A stretch of DNA of 24,000 nucleotides from Verrucomicrobiota bacterium (GCA_038744685.1 JBCDMB010000006.1:8176-32175); one strand, 5' to 3'. Counted from the stretch's first letter, positions 1-9,563 are shown. A program made the numbers and translations. The notes: generated from the letters alone by a model not told the origin.

Positions 1-720
1 CAAGTTCAGGAAATCGTCCTGGACCGGTCCAGTCTTGAAGAGGTCCTCAGCTATCGGCTCGCCGAAAAGCTCACGTTCCTGTCCCACTGGGAATTTCACC
101 TCGAAGACGTTTTTCTCGAGGCAATGACCACCGACTCCCTCATCGGTGTTTCGATGCGAAAAGACATTGAGGCCATTTTTGACCGTGATCCTGCCTGCCG
201 GAACCATATCACGCCGGTTCTCTACTACAAAGGATTCAAGGCGATCTGCTGCCACCGGGTGTCCAACTGGCTTTGGAAAAACGGTCGACACCAGTTGGCC
301 CTGCACCTCCAAAGCCTGACATCAGAGTTCTTCAACGTTGATATTCATCCAGCAGCTGAAATCGGCTCGGGAATCCTTCTCGACCACGCAACCGGTTTCG
401 TGGCGGGCGAAACCAGTCGCATCGCCGACAATGTCTCGATTTTGCACGCAGTGACCTTGGGAGGAACAGGGAAAGAGACCGGGGATCGCCACCCGAAGAT
501 CGGCCACGGCGTTCTCATCGGAGCAGGGGCAAAAATCCTCGGCAACATCTCTGTCGGCGAATGCTCACGGGTAGGTGCCAACAGCGTTGTCCTGGAGTCG
601 GTTCCACCTCATGTGACCGTAGTGGGTGTCCCGGCCCGTGTTGTCGAAGTAGCTACAGGCGACGACCCTGCCCTCTTCATGGATCACGACGTCTTGTGCG
701 ACCATAAAGCCCGTGCTTAA
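1..720 (+). CDS. cysE: Serine O-acetyltransferase, 5' end truncated by the window edge
   Basis: Frame 1 is open from nt 1 (QVQEIVLDRSSLEEVLSYRLAEKL...). It aligns by eye with the SAT N-terminal helical domain of E. coli CysE (..LSYMLANKL..). Hexapeptide-repeat core DIHPAAEIGSGILLDHATGFVAGET...ILHAVTLGGTGKETGDRHPKIGHGVLIGAGAKILGNI..VGVPARVV is classic CysE. The ATG at 124 is therefore probably internal. Confidence 0.9.
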   Translation, partial: QVQEIVLDRSSLEEVLSYRLAEKLTFLSHWEFHLEDVFLEAMTTDSLIGVSMRKDIEAIFDRDPACRNHITPVLYYKGFKAICCHRVSNWLWKNGRHQLALHLQSLTSEFFNVDIHPAAEIGSGILLDHATGFVAGETSRIADNVSILHAVTLGGTGKETGDRHPKIGHGVLIGAGAKILGNISVGECSRVGANSVVLESVPPHVTVVGVPARVVEVATGDDPALFMDHDVLCDHKARA

Positions 721-762
721 GCGGCACTTGATTTTCTAAATGAATCGATCCAAAACCATACG

Positions 763-1692
763 ATGCCGGAGAACATAATTATTCTTGGTTCAGGTTGCGC
801 AGGCTTGACGGCTGCTGTCTATGCGGCCCGCGCTAATTTGAATCCTCTCGTTTTGGAGGGTGCCCAGCCAGGAGGCCAGCTGACGACCACGTCCGAAGTC
901 GAAAACTTTCCCGGGTTTCCAGAAGGAGTAGACGGTTTCCAACTCATGGACAACATGCGGAAGCAAGCTGCTCGTTTCGGCACCCAGTTCGAGGTGGCTT
1001 CAATCGAAGAGGCCGATCTTGGCGACGAGACCATCACCCTGAATAGCACCAACAAATCGTGGGAGACCCGCTCACTCGTCATTGCAACTGGTGCCTCACC
1101 CAGGCTTCTCGGTGTCCCTGGCGAAGCAGAGATGTATGGCGGGAAAGGCGTGACCACTTGCGCGACCTGCGACGGCGCCTTCTATCGCGATATGGACGTT
1201 GTAGTGGTGGGAGGAGGAGACTCTGCCTGCGAGGAGGCTCTTTTCCTCACCAGATTTTGTTCCAAAGTCTATTTGATTCACCGTCGTGACGAGCTCCGAG
1301 CCTCTCCGATTATGGCGGAAAGAGCCATTCAGCACGAGAAGATCGAAATGGTGTGGAACACCGTTGTCGAAGAGATCCTACCGGACGAGGACGGCTTGGT
1401 CTCGGGTATCTCCGTTCGCAACACGGTTGGTGGAGAGACCGAACGGATCGATTGCAAAGGAGTATTTGTAGCCATCGGACACATTCCCAACACCTCTCCT
1501 TTCAAGGGAAAGCTCAAGATGGATGGCGAAGGATACCTCATTCCTAAAGCTCCCTCCCAAGTCCTGACCGAAGTCCCGAGAGTATACGTTGCGGGAGATT
1601 GTGCAGACCATGTCTACCGGCAGGCGATCACAGCCGCAGGAATGGGCTGCCAAGCAGCGATTGAGGCGGAAAGAGCCCTTGGCGAATTGTAA
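763..1692 (+). CDS. trxB: Thioredoxin-disulfide reductase
   Basis: 309 aa. N-terminal FAD motif [12 protein letters not shown], redox-active CATCDG, NADPH motif [12 protein letters not shown] and C-terminal [17 protein letters not shown]. Length and motif order match low-Mr TrxB. Confidence 0.93.
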   Translation: MPENIIILGSGCAGLTAAVYAARANLNPLVLEGAQPGGQLTTTSEVENFPGFPEGVDGFQLMDNMRKQAARFGTQFEVASIEEADLGDETITLNSTNKSWETRSLVIATGASPRLLGVPGEAEMYGGKGVTTCATCDGAFYRDMDVVVVGGGDSACEEALFLTRFCSKVYLIHRRDELRASPIMAERAIQHEKIEMVWNTVVEEILPDEDGLVSGISVRNTVGGETERIDCKGVFVAIGHIPNTSPFKGKLKMDGEGYLIPKAPSQVLTEVPRVYVAGDCADHVYRQAITAAGMGCQAAIEAERALGEL

Positions 1693-1701
1693 AAATTCGC
1701 C
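1681..1701 (+). terminator. Stem-loop overlapping the trxB stop codon (GGCGAATT-gtaaa-AATTCGCC); possible weak terminator
   Basis: Perfect 8-bp inverted repeat, 1681-1688 against 1694-1701, with a 5-nt loop containing the TAA stop. The T-rich run (cttttgtt) starts about 10 nt after the stem, so this is not a canonical intrinsic terminator. Confidence 0.2.
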
Positions 1702-1713
1702 CCGGAAACGCTT

Positions 1714-1743
1714 TTGTTAAAATTAAGTTAAGGATGGTAATTT
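1714..1743 (+). promoter_or_regulatory. Candidate sigma70-like promoter for the bcs operon
   Basis: AT-rich island at 1710-1760 in an otherwise ~50% GC region. TTGTTA (1714-1719), 18-nt spacer, TAATTT (1738-1743), about 70 nt upstream of the bcsA GTG start. Motif match only. Confidence 0.3.
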
Positions 1744-1812
1744 TTACGAATTTATGAAACAAGGCTGTCAAGGGAAGGGCTGTGGCTTGTTCCCTGCTCA
1801 GTAAATTCATCC

Positions 1813-4044
1813 GTGGTTCAGACCTCCAAGACAGCACGTCACAAGTCAAAACACCTCTCTATCGTGGTGTTTTTCTGGTTTCTCTCACTGCTAGCGTTTC
1901 TTTTTGTTTGCTCGCTTCATCTTGAGCATCGTTCGCAGTGGTATCTTGCGGGGGCCCTTCTCTTGGGTCTCTTTTTCTTCCGATCCGTCAAGCGAGGCCC
2001 CACCGTAAGGGTCATCTTCCTGTGTTTTGCTGTCTTCCTGGTTCTGCGGTACCTATTTTGGCGAAGTCTTCAGACGCTTGAATTCTATGATTGGTTGAGC
2101 TTTTCGATCGCGATCATCCTCTTCCTCGCTGAGGTGTATGGGATCCTCATTTTCCTCCTCGGGTCATTCGTCAATATCCGCCCGTTCGAGAGAAAGCCGG
2201 TTCCTCTCCCGCCAGAGGATCAGCTGCCTACGGTCGACGTCATGGTGCCTTCCTACAATGAAAGCGAAGAAATTTTGGAAGTCACGTTGATGGCGGCTCT
2301 CCAGATGCAATATCCGGAGCAAAAACGCAGAATTTACCTTCTCGATGACGGAGGAACTGACCAAAAATGCACGAGCGGAAGTGATGCATCCCGCGAACAG
2401 GCACTCACCCGAAGAGAGTCCCTTTTCCGTCTTTGCCAAAGACTCGGCGTCCAGTACATGACCAGGGAGCGAAACCAGCATGCGAAAGCCGGTAACATCA
2501 ATGAGGCAATGAAAAAGACCTCGGGAGACCTCCTTCTCATTCTCGATGCTGACCACGTCCCGACTGAGAACTTTCTCGAGAACACAGTCGGGCTGTTCAA
2601 TGAAGACGAAAAGCTGTTTCTCGTGCAGACTCCCCACTTTTTCGTCAACCCAGATCCAATTGAGAAAAATCTCAACACGTTCTATTCCGCCCCCAGTGAA
2701 AACGAAATGTTCTACAGAGTAGTCCAGCAAGGGTTGGACTATTGGAATTCATCCTTCTTTTGTGGGTCCGGTGCTCTCCTTCGCCGTAGTTTGGTGGAAG
2801 CTCAAGGGGGCATGTCGGGAGAAACGATCACCGAGGATGCAGAGACGGCTTTATCCCTTCACGGAAGGGGCTACAACAGTGCGTTCATATCAGAGCCCAT
2901 GCTGTCTGGACTGCAACCAGAAACGATGGGTGGTTTTATCGGGCAGCGAATTCGCTGGGCTACCGGAATGGTTCAGATCTTCCTTCTCAAGCGACCGCTT
3001 TTGATGCGAGGTCTTTCCCTGCCTCAACGTCTCTGTTACGTCAACAGTTGTTCCTTTTGGTTCTTCCCGTTTGCCCGTCTAGTCTTCCTCCTGGCCCCAG
3101 TGGCCTTCCTTGTATTCGGACTCAAAATCTACGCCGCCAACTGGCAAACTTTCAGCGCGTACGCAGTACCTCACTTGGTGGCAGTCTTGACCGTCTCGAG
3201 TTATCTCTACGGAAGAGTGAGACGATCGTTTGTTTCTGAACTTTACGAGTTAATCCAGTCCGTCTACTGCCTCCCGGCGATCGTCAAAACAATGATCCGT
3301 CCTCGGGCTCCTGCTTTCCAGGTAACTCCGAAGGGTGAGTATCTCGACAGGACCTACATCTCGCCACTTTCCTTTCCCTTCTACATTTTATTTGTGATCA
3401 ACATCACCGCGCTAATTTTTGGGACGATTCGCTACTTCAGCGTCTCCGAACAGACCACGGCGACGCTGATCACGATGGGTTTCGGATTTTTCAACACGGT
3501 GATCCTCCTCGCGGCAATTGGGGCTCTTCTTGAACGGCAACAGAGGCGTTCGAATCCAAGGATGCCTGTTAACCTCAACGCGAAACTACTCTTGGGAAAT
3601 GAGAGTTTTGATTGCCGGATAGTCGATATCTCTCTTGGGGGATGCAGGATCCTCTTGAAACCAGCCTATGAAAGGGACCTCGAAAAGGCGAACAATGGAC
3701 TGCTTCAGGTGACCGCTCCAGGGCGAAAGGTTCATTTCAGTTTTAATGTGGACCTTCGCATCCTTCGCTACGACGAAGATTCTGAACTTCTTTCTCTCGG
3801 AACCGAGTTCAACCACAAGGATCTTGAAGAAAGGAAACAAAAGGTCCGCTTCGTAACGGGAAGTAGCGATCGCTGGATGAATTTCCAGAAAAATCGCGAG
3901 TGCCGGTTGGGAGTTATTGGAAGTTTCCTTTTCCTTCTGGGAATTGGCGTCAAATACTCCCTTGCACACTTTGGACATCTCCTCGGGTCTCTCTTCGGAG
4001 GATCTAGGCCCAAATCAAGCATATCGCAGCCAGAGAACGTCTGA
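1813..4044 (+). CDS. bcsA: Cellulose synthase catalytic subunit (UDP-forming), GT2 domain plus C-terminal PilZ domain
   Basis: 743 aa, GTG start. N-terminal TM helices. GT2 signatures DDGG, DADH, TEDAETAL, QRIRWATG (QxxRW), FFCGS and gating-loop FQVTPKG. PilZ c-di-GMP motifs RRSNPR (nt 3544-3561) and DISLGG (nt 3625-3642). The stop overlaps the bcsB start (TGATG at 4042-4046). Confidence 0.93.
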   Translation: MVQTSKTARHKSKHLSIVVFFWFLSLLAFLFVCSLHLEHRSQWYLAGALLLGLFFFRSVKRGPTVRVIFLCFAVFLVLRYLFWRSLQTLEFYDWLSFSIAIILFLAEVYGILIFLLGSFVNIRPFERKPVPLPPEDQLPTVDVMVPSYNESEEILEVTLMAALQMQYPEQKRRIYLLDDGGTDQKCTSGSDASREQALTRRESLFRLCQRLGVQYMTRERNQHAKAGNINEAMKKTSGDLLLILDADHVPTENFLENTVGLFNEDEKLFLVQTPHFFVNPDPIEKNLNTFYSAPSENEMFYRVVQQGLDYWNSSFFCGSGALLRRSLVEAQGGMSGETITEDAETALSLHGRGYNSAFISEPMLSGLQPETMGGFIGQRIRWATGMVQIFLLKRPLLMRGLSLPQRLCYVNSCSFWFFPFARLVFLLAPVAFLVFGLKIYAANWQTFSAYAVPHLVAVLTVSSYLYGRVRRSFVSELYELIQSVYCLPAIVKTMIRPRAPAFQVTPKGEYLDRTYISPLSFPFYILFVINITALIFGTIRYFSVSEQTTATLITMGFGFFNTVILLAAIGALLERQQRRSNPRMPVNLNAKLLLGNESFDCRIVDISLGGCRILLKPAYERDLEKANNGLLQVTAPGRKVHFSFNVDLRILRYDEDSELLSLGTEFNHKDLEERKQKVRFVTGSSDRWMNFQKNRECRLGVIGSFLFLLGIGVKYSLAHFGHLLGSLFGGSRPKSSISQPENV

Positions 4045-6149
4045 TGGGTCTAGGTATCGATAGATTTGCCCGACCCTCACTAGTAGTTGCTCTTTGCTTT
4101 GCTGCCCACAGCTTCAGTCTTGCCCAGTCATCAACTCTCGACGAACTCCTGCGCGGACTCCGTGACGATCAGGGAACTTCTGAAGTCTCTCCGGCAGATG
4201 AAACTGGAACGCAAATGCCCCAGTTTCTCCGCGAGCCGCCGACCGAAAGGCCCGCTAGCCCCTCGGAAGAGGCGGAGCCGACTCAAGATTTAGCACCCTC
4301 CTCATCCTCGAATCCAACTACCTTGCCTGAGACAACGCAAGCAACAGCCTTTCCGGAAATCAACGAAACAACACCGAGTTTTGAGGAAGATGAAATCAAT
4401 CCGTTCTTGATATCGAATCTGGATGAACTTCTCCAGAGACTCACTCCGGAGGCCGTCCAGACTCATCTTGTCTTTGCCGGTGCGGCATCGGAGTTGAATC
4501 AGGAACAGGTCACTCTCGGGGCGGCTATTGTGCAAGGAATCGGACTAAGGACTGACCTTAAGCCTATGCTAATCACATACGGTCCTCAGCTAGAGCCTGG
4601 TCGGTTCAACGTGCTAGTGGGAACCATTGATCAAGTAGGCTCGGTCATGGGAGCAAGACTTGTAGAAGAAATCGGTGAGAGTGGACTCTGCATGATTCCG
4701 ATGCCAAACTACGAGAGCGAGCCTGTCTTGGTAATCACTGGAACCAGCCAGCGAGGGATCAACGAAGCAGTCCTTGCTCTTGGATTCGTCAATATGGATC
4801 TTCCGGCTGCAGACTTTGTCTCCATTCGTCGCATCCTCTTCCCAGAGACGCCTCCTTATTTTGGTCAGCCTCCTGTGAACCCAGGTGAGACCTATACATT
4901 TCTTCAGCTACAGCAGGTTGGCGCTCCGATTCGTCCGGTCCGGAATGGAGGCATCGGAATTCAGATCTACTTTCCGGCAGATGTTTTTGACCGTCCTGCT
5001 GCAAAGGTAAATCTATCCGTTCATTTTTCCGTAGGTCAAAATACACTCCGGAGCAGCAAAGCCATGGAGGTCCGTTTGAACGGAACTGAAGTTGTCCGTG
5101 CACCGTTTGGTGAGACCACGACGTCCGAATTTGGAGGGCGGTACCTTAACTTTTCAGTTCCGATCGGAAAATTCCAGTCTGGCCGCAACCTACTGGAAAT
5201 TACGACAGATGCTGGTTCCTCCAGTGCGTTTTCGCTAGGTCCTACAGGTGTCGCGGCAAACGACCTTCTTGTCTTCACTGATTCGACGATTGAGATTCCG
5301 AGAGTCCCTAGAGGTGCTATTCTGCCAAACCTCCGCCTCACTAGCCGGACACTCTACCCGTTCGTAGGTCAACCGGACGGGTCAGAAATCAGTTTCCTTC
5401 TCACCAATAACGAAAAGGAAACTGTTGAAGCAGCGTGGATGATGATTGCAAAGCTCTCTCAAATTTCGAACACCTTCCTTTACGATGCAGAGGTGAGTTT
5501 CCGTGCTGCAAACCCTGATCGGCACCTTGTCGTAATCGGAAGCCAATCGGGAATTCCCACTACCCTCAGTGAACAAATTCCCCCCGCGAGCTTTTCGGAA
5601 TTAGGATCAGGAGAGAGTGAAGACGAGGCTTTTGCTCAAGAAGAAAAAGGCCCGAACATTTTTCAGAGATTCTTTGCAAGTCTGGCAAACGAGTTTCGGA
5701 AGATTGAAATTAACGAACCAGCTGACGATGGACCGGAAGGAGCTCAGATTCAGGAAGCAAGAGAAGAGTCCATTGGACCGCGGGCTGTGATGACAAGTTT
5801 CCCCTCTCCTGAAACCACCGGGAGGTGGATACTCATAGTGACTGCTCGCAATGACGCTCTCCTCCTTGAGCGAGTCCGCCAGCTTATCCGTCTTCCCTAT
5901 TGGTCACAAATAAATGGATACCTCTTTTCATGGAACGACACTCCAAATAGTGTCAGGGCCTTCTTGCCGGACAAGCGCTTCAGCGAAGTTTCGTTTCGAG
6001 AAACCATTGTTCCCATTCCGTGGGGTTACGGGGTGTCGCTGCGCATTTGGTACCTCTTTGCAGCAGTCGTATTTCTTGTTTTTGTCCTGATGACACTTTT
6101 AGTACTCAAGCATACGGACCAAACAATCGCTCAAAGACGCAAAGAGTAA
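4044..6149 (+). CDS. bcsB: Cellulose synthase periplasmic (BcsB-type) subunit
   Basis: 701 aa immediately and overlappingly downstream of bcsA. Signal peptide (VVALCFAAHSFSLAQS), large periplasmic body and a single C-terminal TM anchor (IWYLFAAVVFLVFVLMTLLVL) followed by basic residues, which is the BcsB topology. The segment LTSRTLYPFVGQPDGSEISFLL resembles the conserved BcsB G-FPF...DLS region. Position supports the assignment more than motifs do. Confidence 0.78.
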   Translation: MGLGIDRFARPSLVVALCFAAHSFSLAQSSTLDELLRGLRDDQGTSEVSPADETGTQMPQFLREPPTERPASPSEEAEPTQDLAPSSSSNPTTLPETTQATAFPEINETTPSFEEDEINPFLISNLDELLQRLTPEAVQTHLVFAGAASELNQEQVTLGAAIVQGIGLRTDLKPMLITYGPQLEPGRFNVLVGTIDQVGSVMGARLVEEIGESGLCMIPMPNYESEPVLVITGTSQRGINEAVLALGFVNMDLPAADFVSIRRILFPETPPYFGQPPVNPGETYTFLQLQQVGAPIRPVRNGGIGIQIYFPADVFDRPAAKVNLSVHFSVGQNTLRSSKAMEVRLNGTEVVRAPFGETTTSEFGGRYLNFSVPIGKFQSGRNLLEITTDAGSSSAFSLGPTGVAANDLLVFTDSTIEIPRVPRGAILPNLRLTSRTLYPFVGQPDGSEISFLLTNNEKETVEAAWMMIAKLSQISNTFLYDAEVSFRAANPDRHLVVIGSQSGIPTTLSEQIPPASFSELGSGESEDEAFAQEEKGPNIFQRFFASLANEFRKIEINEPADDGPEGAQIQEAREESIGPRAVMTSFPSPETTGRWILIVTARNDALLLERVRQLIRLPYWSQINGYLFSWNDTPNSVRAFLPDKRFSEVSFRETIVPIPWGYGVSLRIWYLFAAVVFLVFVLMTLLVLKHTDQTIAQRRKE

Positions 6150-6165
6150 TCGAGTCGTTTGTCCA

Positions 6166-7257
6166 ATGGTCCAAAGACGGCTGAAGAAACTCCTGACCCC
6201 TTTTTTGTGCCTTTTGGCAGCCAACACCGGGGCTCTGGCGCAGTCCGATTTTGAGGGATTTACCCTACCCTTTAACACTCGTGGCAAGATGGCTTGGAAT
6301 GAATTCAAAGAGCGTTTTGTAGCACCAGATGGGAGGGTAATCGACGATGCCAACGGAGGGATCTCCCATTCGGAAGGACAAGGATATGGAATGCTGATCG
6401 CCGCAGAGCACCGTGATCTATCCACATTTTCTGTCATCTGGAATTGGACCCGGAAGAATCTCCAGACCCGGAAAGATGGGCTTTTCGCTTGGAAATGGGA
6501 TCCGTCAATACCCGAAGATCCTGTCATAGACCAGAACAACGCTACTGACGGGGACATCCTCATTGCATGGGCACTTCTTAGGGGGGGAGAGCTTTGGAAG
6601 AATGATCGGCATATTGAGGAAGCCAAAGCGATCGCTCGAAAGGTTAGGACCACAATGATAGCAGACAGCCCCTACGGCCCTCTCCTTCTCCCCGGAGGAA
6701 CCGGCTTTCAGCAGCCAGAGGGGACGATTATCAACTTAAGTTATTGGGTCTTTCCCGCATTCCTCGATATTCGTAGGATCGATCCTTCTCACCTTTGGGA
6801 CGATCTCTACCTTTCGGGTTTGCGACTTCTCAAAGAGGCTCGCTTTGGCGATTGGGATCTACCACCGGATTGGCTATTAGTATCATCTGCGGGAACGCTG
6901 ATCCTCCCGAAGCAGTTTGATCCGGTCTTCGGTTACAATGCAGTTAGGATTCCCCTCTACATGGAGTGGGCAGGAATAGGCGACGAATTTCTCTACCGAC
7001 CTTTTGTTGGTTGGGCGACGAGCAAGGAAAGCATCTTCGAACTTCCCGACACCGTTAACCTTGTAACCAACGAACCGGGAGAGTTTACCGTGATTCCAGG
7101 AATGATCGCTATCTATCACCTCATCGCGCCGCGAGAGATCCCAGAGGCCCCTCGTGTTGATGGCGACTACACCTCCTATTACTCCGCTTCACTGCGTTTC
7201 CTTTCCCACCTCGCAGAAAAAGAGGGCCAAAAGTATTCTTTATTGCCTCACCCGTAA
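6166..7257 (+). CDS. bcsZ: Endo-1,4-beta-glucanase, glycoside hydrolase family 8
   Basis: 363 aa with signal peptide (LLAANTGALAQS). GH8 signatures SHSEGQGYGMLIAA (catalytic Glu region) and ATDGDILIAWALL. Canonical position between bcsB and bcsC. Confidence 0.88.
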   Translation: MVQRRLKKLLTPFLCLLAANTGALAQSDFEGFTLPFNTRGKMAWNEFKERFVAPDGRVIDDANGGISHSEGQGYGMLIAAEHRDLSTFSVIWNWTRKNLQTRKDGLFAWKWDPSIPEDPVIDQNNATDGDILIAWALLRGGELWKNDRHIEEAKAIARKVRTTMIADSPYGPLLLPGGTGFQQPEGTIINLSYWVFPAFLDIRRIDPSHLWDDLYLSGLRLLKEARFGDWDLPPDWLLVSSAGTLILPKQFDPVFGYNAVRIPLYMEWAGIGDEFLYRPFVGWATSKESIFELPDTVNLVTNEPGEFTVIPGMIAIYHLIAPREIPEAPRVDGDYTSYYSASLRFLSHLAEKEGQKYSLLPHP

Positions 7258-7289
7258 TAATTTAGTAAAGAAATTTCACGATAAGATTG

Positions 7290-9512
7290 ATGAGTACTGT
7301 TGCCGTTCACCGTCGGTGGTTAAACCGCCTCGCCCTTTTACTTTTTTCGGCGACGTCGCTCGGCTCCCAAGATTTTGAGGAACAAGGGCTCTTTCCCACT
7401 TCAATGGAAGAGATTTTGGTTACCGGACAACCTTCGGGAACTCCGACACGTGCTCCCGTTCAAGGGCAGACTCCTCAGCCAACATACTTTCTGCCAGACG
7501 CTCCTCCCGCCGAGAGGTCAGTTCCTCAGACAGTCGTTCCGACGCAGCAACCCCGCAGTCAGCCGCTCAACCAGGAGGGCATTCCAACTCAGGTCCTCTT
7601 ACCGACCCCTGAACCGGTAGCCGAACCGATCCAATCCCCAACTACCCCAACCATTGTCTTCAGTGACACTCAAACGGGCCTGGTCGACGATACTATCGTG
7701 GCAGAAATTGGCATCGACCCAGGACAGCTCCTCGCTGACAAGCAGTACGACGAACTCGAGCCCTGGGTTTTGGAGAATCAGGATGTTGGCATGGCGAGTG
7801 CAATTGGGTGGTCTTACTACACCGAGGAAAATTATCCAAAAGCAATTGAGTGGTTTGAACAGACTCTGAGATGGGATGAAAACTTCAATGAAGCAGCTTA
7901 TGGCCTTGCACTCTCTCTTTATAATGAAGGTTTCCTCCAACAAGCCGAGGCCGTTGCACGTTGGAAGCTGAATGCGTATCCAGGAATGGACAACATTCTT
8001 GGCGACATCTACATGACCCGAGCGATTTCTTCCTTCAGAGCAGAGCGCTACGACGAGACGCTGGACAATTTGGATAAGATCGTCCAATTCAGACCTCTGA
8101 CCAGAGGTGAAGAGATTCTGGAAGCGTGGAGTTTTTACCACACTGGAGAAACCGTTAAAGCAGCCGGATTGTTCCAGACACTCTATGAAGAGCAGCGGGA
8201 CCGAGTGGCAGCAGTTGGCCTTTACGCCTCCCTCTCCAGCACTCAGAACTGGAACCGGATTGAACGACTGGCTAATCAATATGGTGGACCACTCGCTGAC
8301 ATCTACGCGTTGTATACGAGTGACCGATACTATGACAGGAGGCTATACCTCAAGGCCAGCCAAGTGGCTACCCAGATTCCGGACGCTGACCAACCGTTTA
8401 TTGAAAACATTGCGGCACCGAAGGTAACCATTTCCGCAGAATTCGTTGCTAGGGATGGAGACCCGGGGACCAGCGAGTTGGATCTGGCCTACGCGCCTTA
8501 CGTAACAGGAACGGTCTTCTCGGATGAAGTGAACCGGGTGGATGTCAGTATAGGTTTGGTGAGCTTGGATGCGGGTCAACTTCCCGACTTTGCATTTGTG
8601 GGGCTGGTTCCCAACACTCCTACACCCTATTCCGTCGAACCAAAGACATCCTTCAACGGCATGATTGCTCCAATGATTGGCTACTACCGGGAAGATTGGA
8701 TTTCACCCTATATCGAGCTTGGAATGACTCCTCTGGGCGGTCAGGTGGATAGTGAGTTTGTAGGGAGACTCGGTGTGCAGGGAATCTTTGAAACCGGAGT
8801 GTGGACCGCAGAACTCTTTCGCGAATCCATTACTGAATCCCTTCTCAGTTACACCGGATTCCGTGACCCCTACACTTCCCTTGAATGGGGTAGAGTGGTT
8901 GAAACGGGACTTCATGCGTCGATTCTCCACTTCTTTGGAGCAAACCAAGACCTGAGCCTCTTCGGCTTTATGGAAGTCGGGCAGTTGACCGGAGAGAACG
9001 TCGCCGACAACGAGAAAATCCGGCTCGACGTCGCCCTAAACCGAACCTTTAAACCTGATGGTTTCCACTACATTAACTTCGGACCTTCTTTCACCTTCTA
9101 CAGCTACACAAACAACCTCAGTTTCTTTACATTCGGTCACGGAGGGTACTTTAGTCCGGAGTATTTGGCTCAGGGAATCATTAATCTTCAATTCATGACG
9201 GAAGAGGGGGAAGATTTTCTTCTGAAAGGTGAAGTCGGATTTGGTGGTCAGGCAAACGAACAGGAGGCTGCGCCTTTCTTTCCCCTTGACCCGGATGGGC
9301 GTGATTATTCTGGAACAAGCGATACTACAGGGATTCTCATCTCGAACCTTCAAGGGGTAATGTTTCTCACAGATTACTGGGCATTTGGAGGTGAAATTGC
9401 CTTCAACAAAACTCCCAGTTATGAGGAGTTTCGTGGAGGGGTCTTTACGACGATTTTCTTCGAACCCCGCGAAGGTCTGGTGGAGACCGACTTTCCTCGA
9501 TATCAGTATTGA
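7290..9512 (+). CDS. bcsC: BcsC-like outer-membrane cellulose export protein (short form: low-complexity linker, few TPRs, C-terminal beta-barrel)
   Basis: The ORF track starts at TTG 7287, and an ATG follows directly at 7290. Signal peptide (LALLLFSATSLGS). TPR-like helices (YYTEENYPKAIEWFEQTLRWDENFNEAAYGLALSLYNEG...). C-terminal region of alternating beta-strand character with FGHGGYFSPEY, matching the BcsC C-terminal G-GGYFSP signature, and an aromatic C-terminus (RYQY). Last gene of the bcs operon. Confidence 0.75.
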   Translation: MSTVAVHRRWLNRLALLLFSATSLGSQDFEEQGLFPTSMEEILVTGQPSGTPTRAPVQGQTPQPTYFLPDAPPAERSVPQTVVPTQQPRSQPLNQEGIPTQVLLPTPEPVAEPIQSPTTPTIVFSDTQTGLVDDTIVAEIGIDPGQLLADKQYDELEPWVLENQDVGMASAIGWSYYTEENYPKAIEWFEQTLRWDENFNEAAYGLALSLYNEGFLQQAEAVARWKLNAYPGMDNILGDIYMTRAISSFRAERYDETLDNLDKIVQFRPLTRGEEILEAWSFYHTGETVKAAGLFQTLYEEQRDRVAAVGLYASLSSTQNWNRIERLANQYGGPLADIYALYTSDRYYDRRLYLKASQVATQIPDADQPFIENIAAPKVTISAEFVARDGDPGTSELDLAYAPYVTGTVFSDEVNRVDVSIGLVSLDAGQLPDFAFVGLVPNTPTPYSVEPKTSFNGMIAPMIGYYREDWISPYIELGMTPLGGQVDSEFVGRLGVQGIFETGVWTAELFRESITESLLSYTGFRDPYTSLEWGRVVETGLHASILHFFGANQDLSLFGFMEVGQLTGENVADNEKIRLDVALNRTFKPDGFHYINFGPSFTFYSYTNNLSFFTFGHGGYFSPEYLAQGIINLQFMTEEGEDFLLKGEVGFGGQANEQEAAPFFPLDPDGRDYSGTSDTTGILISNLQGVMFLTDYWAFGGEIAFNKTPSYEEFRGGVFTTIFFEPREGLVETDFPRYQY

Positions 9513-9563
9513 AGGAGATTCGATCTGGGTCCGACCACGCTCCTAATTAGCGAGGAAAAAAGA

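Noticed and set aside
1693-1812. Possible c-di-GMP riboswitch (GEMM) or other leader element upstream of bcsA
   Set aside because: Only a 6-bp hairpin (AGGGAA 1771-1776 with TTCCCT 1790-1795) is present. I see nothing resembling the two-hairpin GEMM-I architecture with tetraloop/receptor or its conserved nucleotides. c-di-GMP control is already explained by the PilZ domain in BcsA.
2164-2730. 188-aa ORF antisense to bcsA, plus similar long antisense ORFs at 6099-6653, 7599-8279 and 16441-17175
   Set aside because: Each lies fully inside a sense-strand gene with unambiguous family motifs. Their translations are Arg/Ser/Pro/Cys-rich with no recognisable motifs, TM segments or signal peptides. 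Long stop-free antisense frames are expected in genes of this composition. There is no evidence for overlapping genes.
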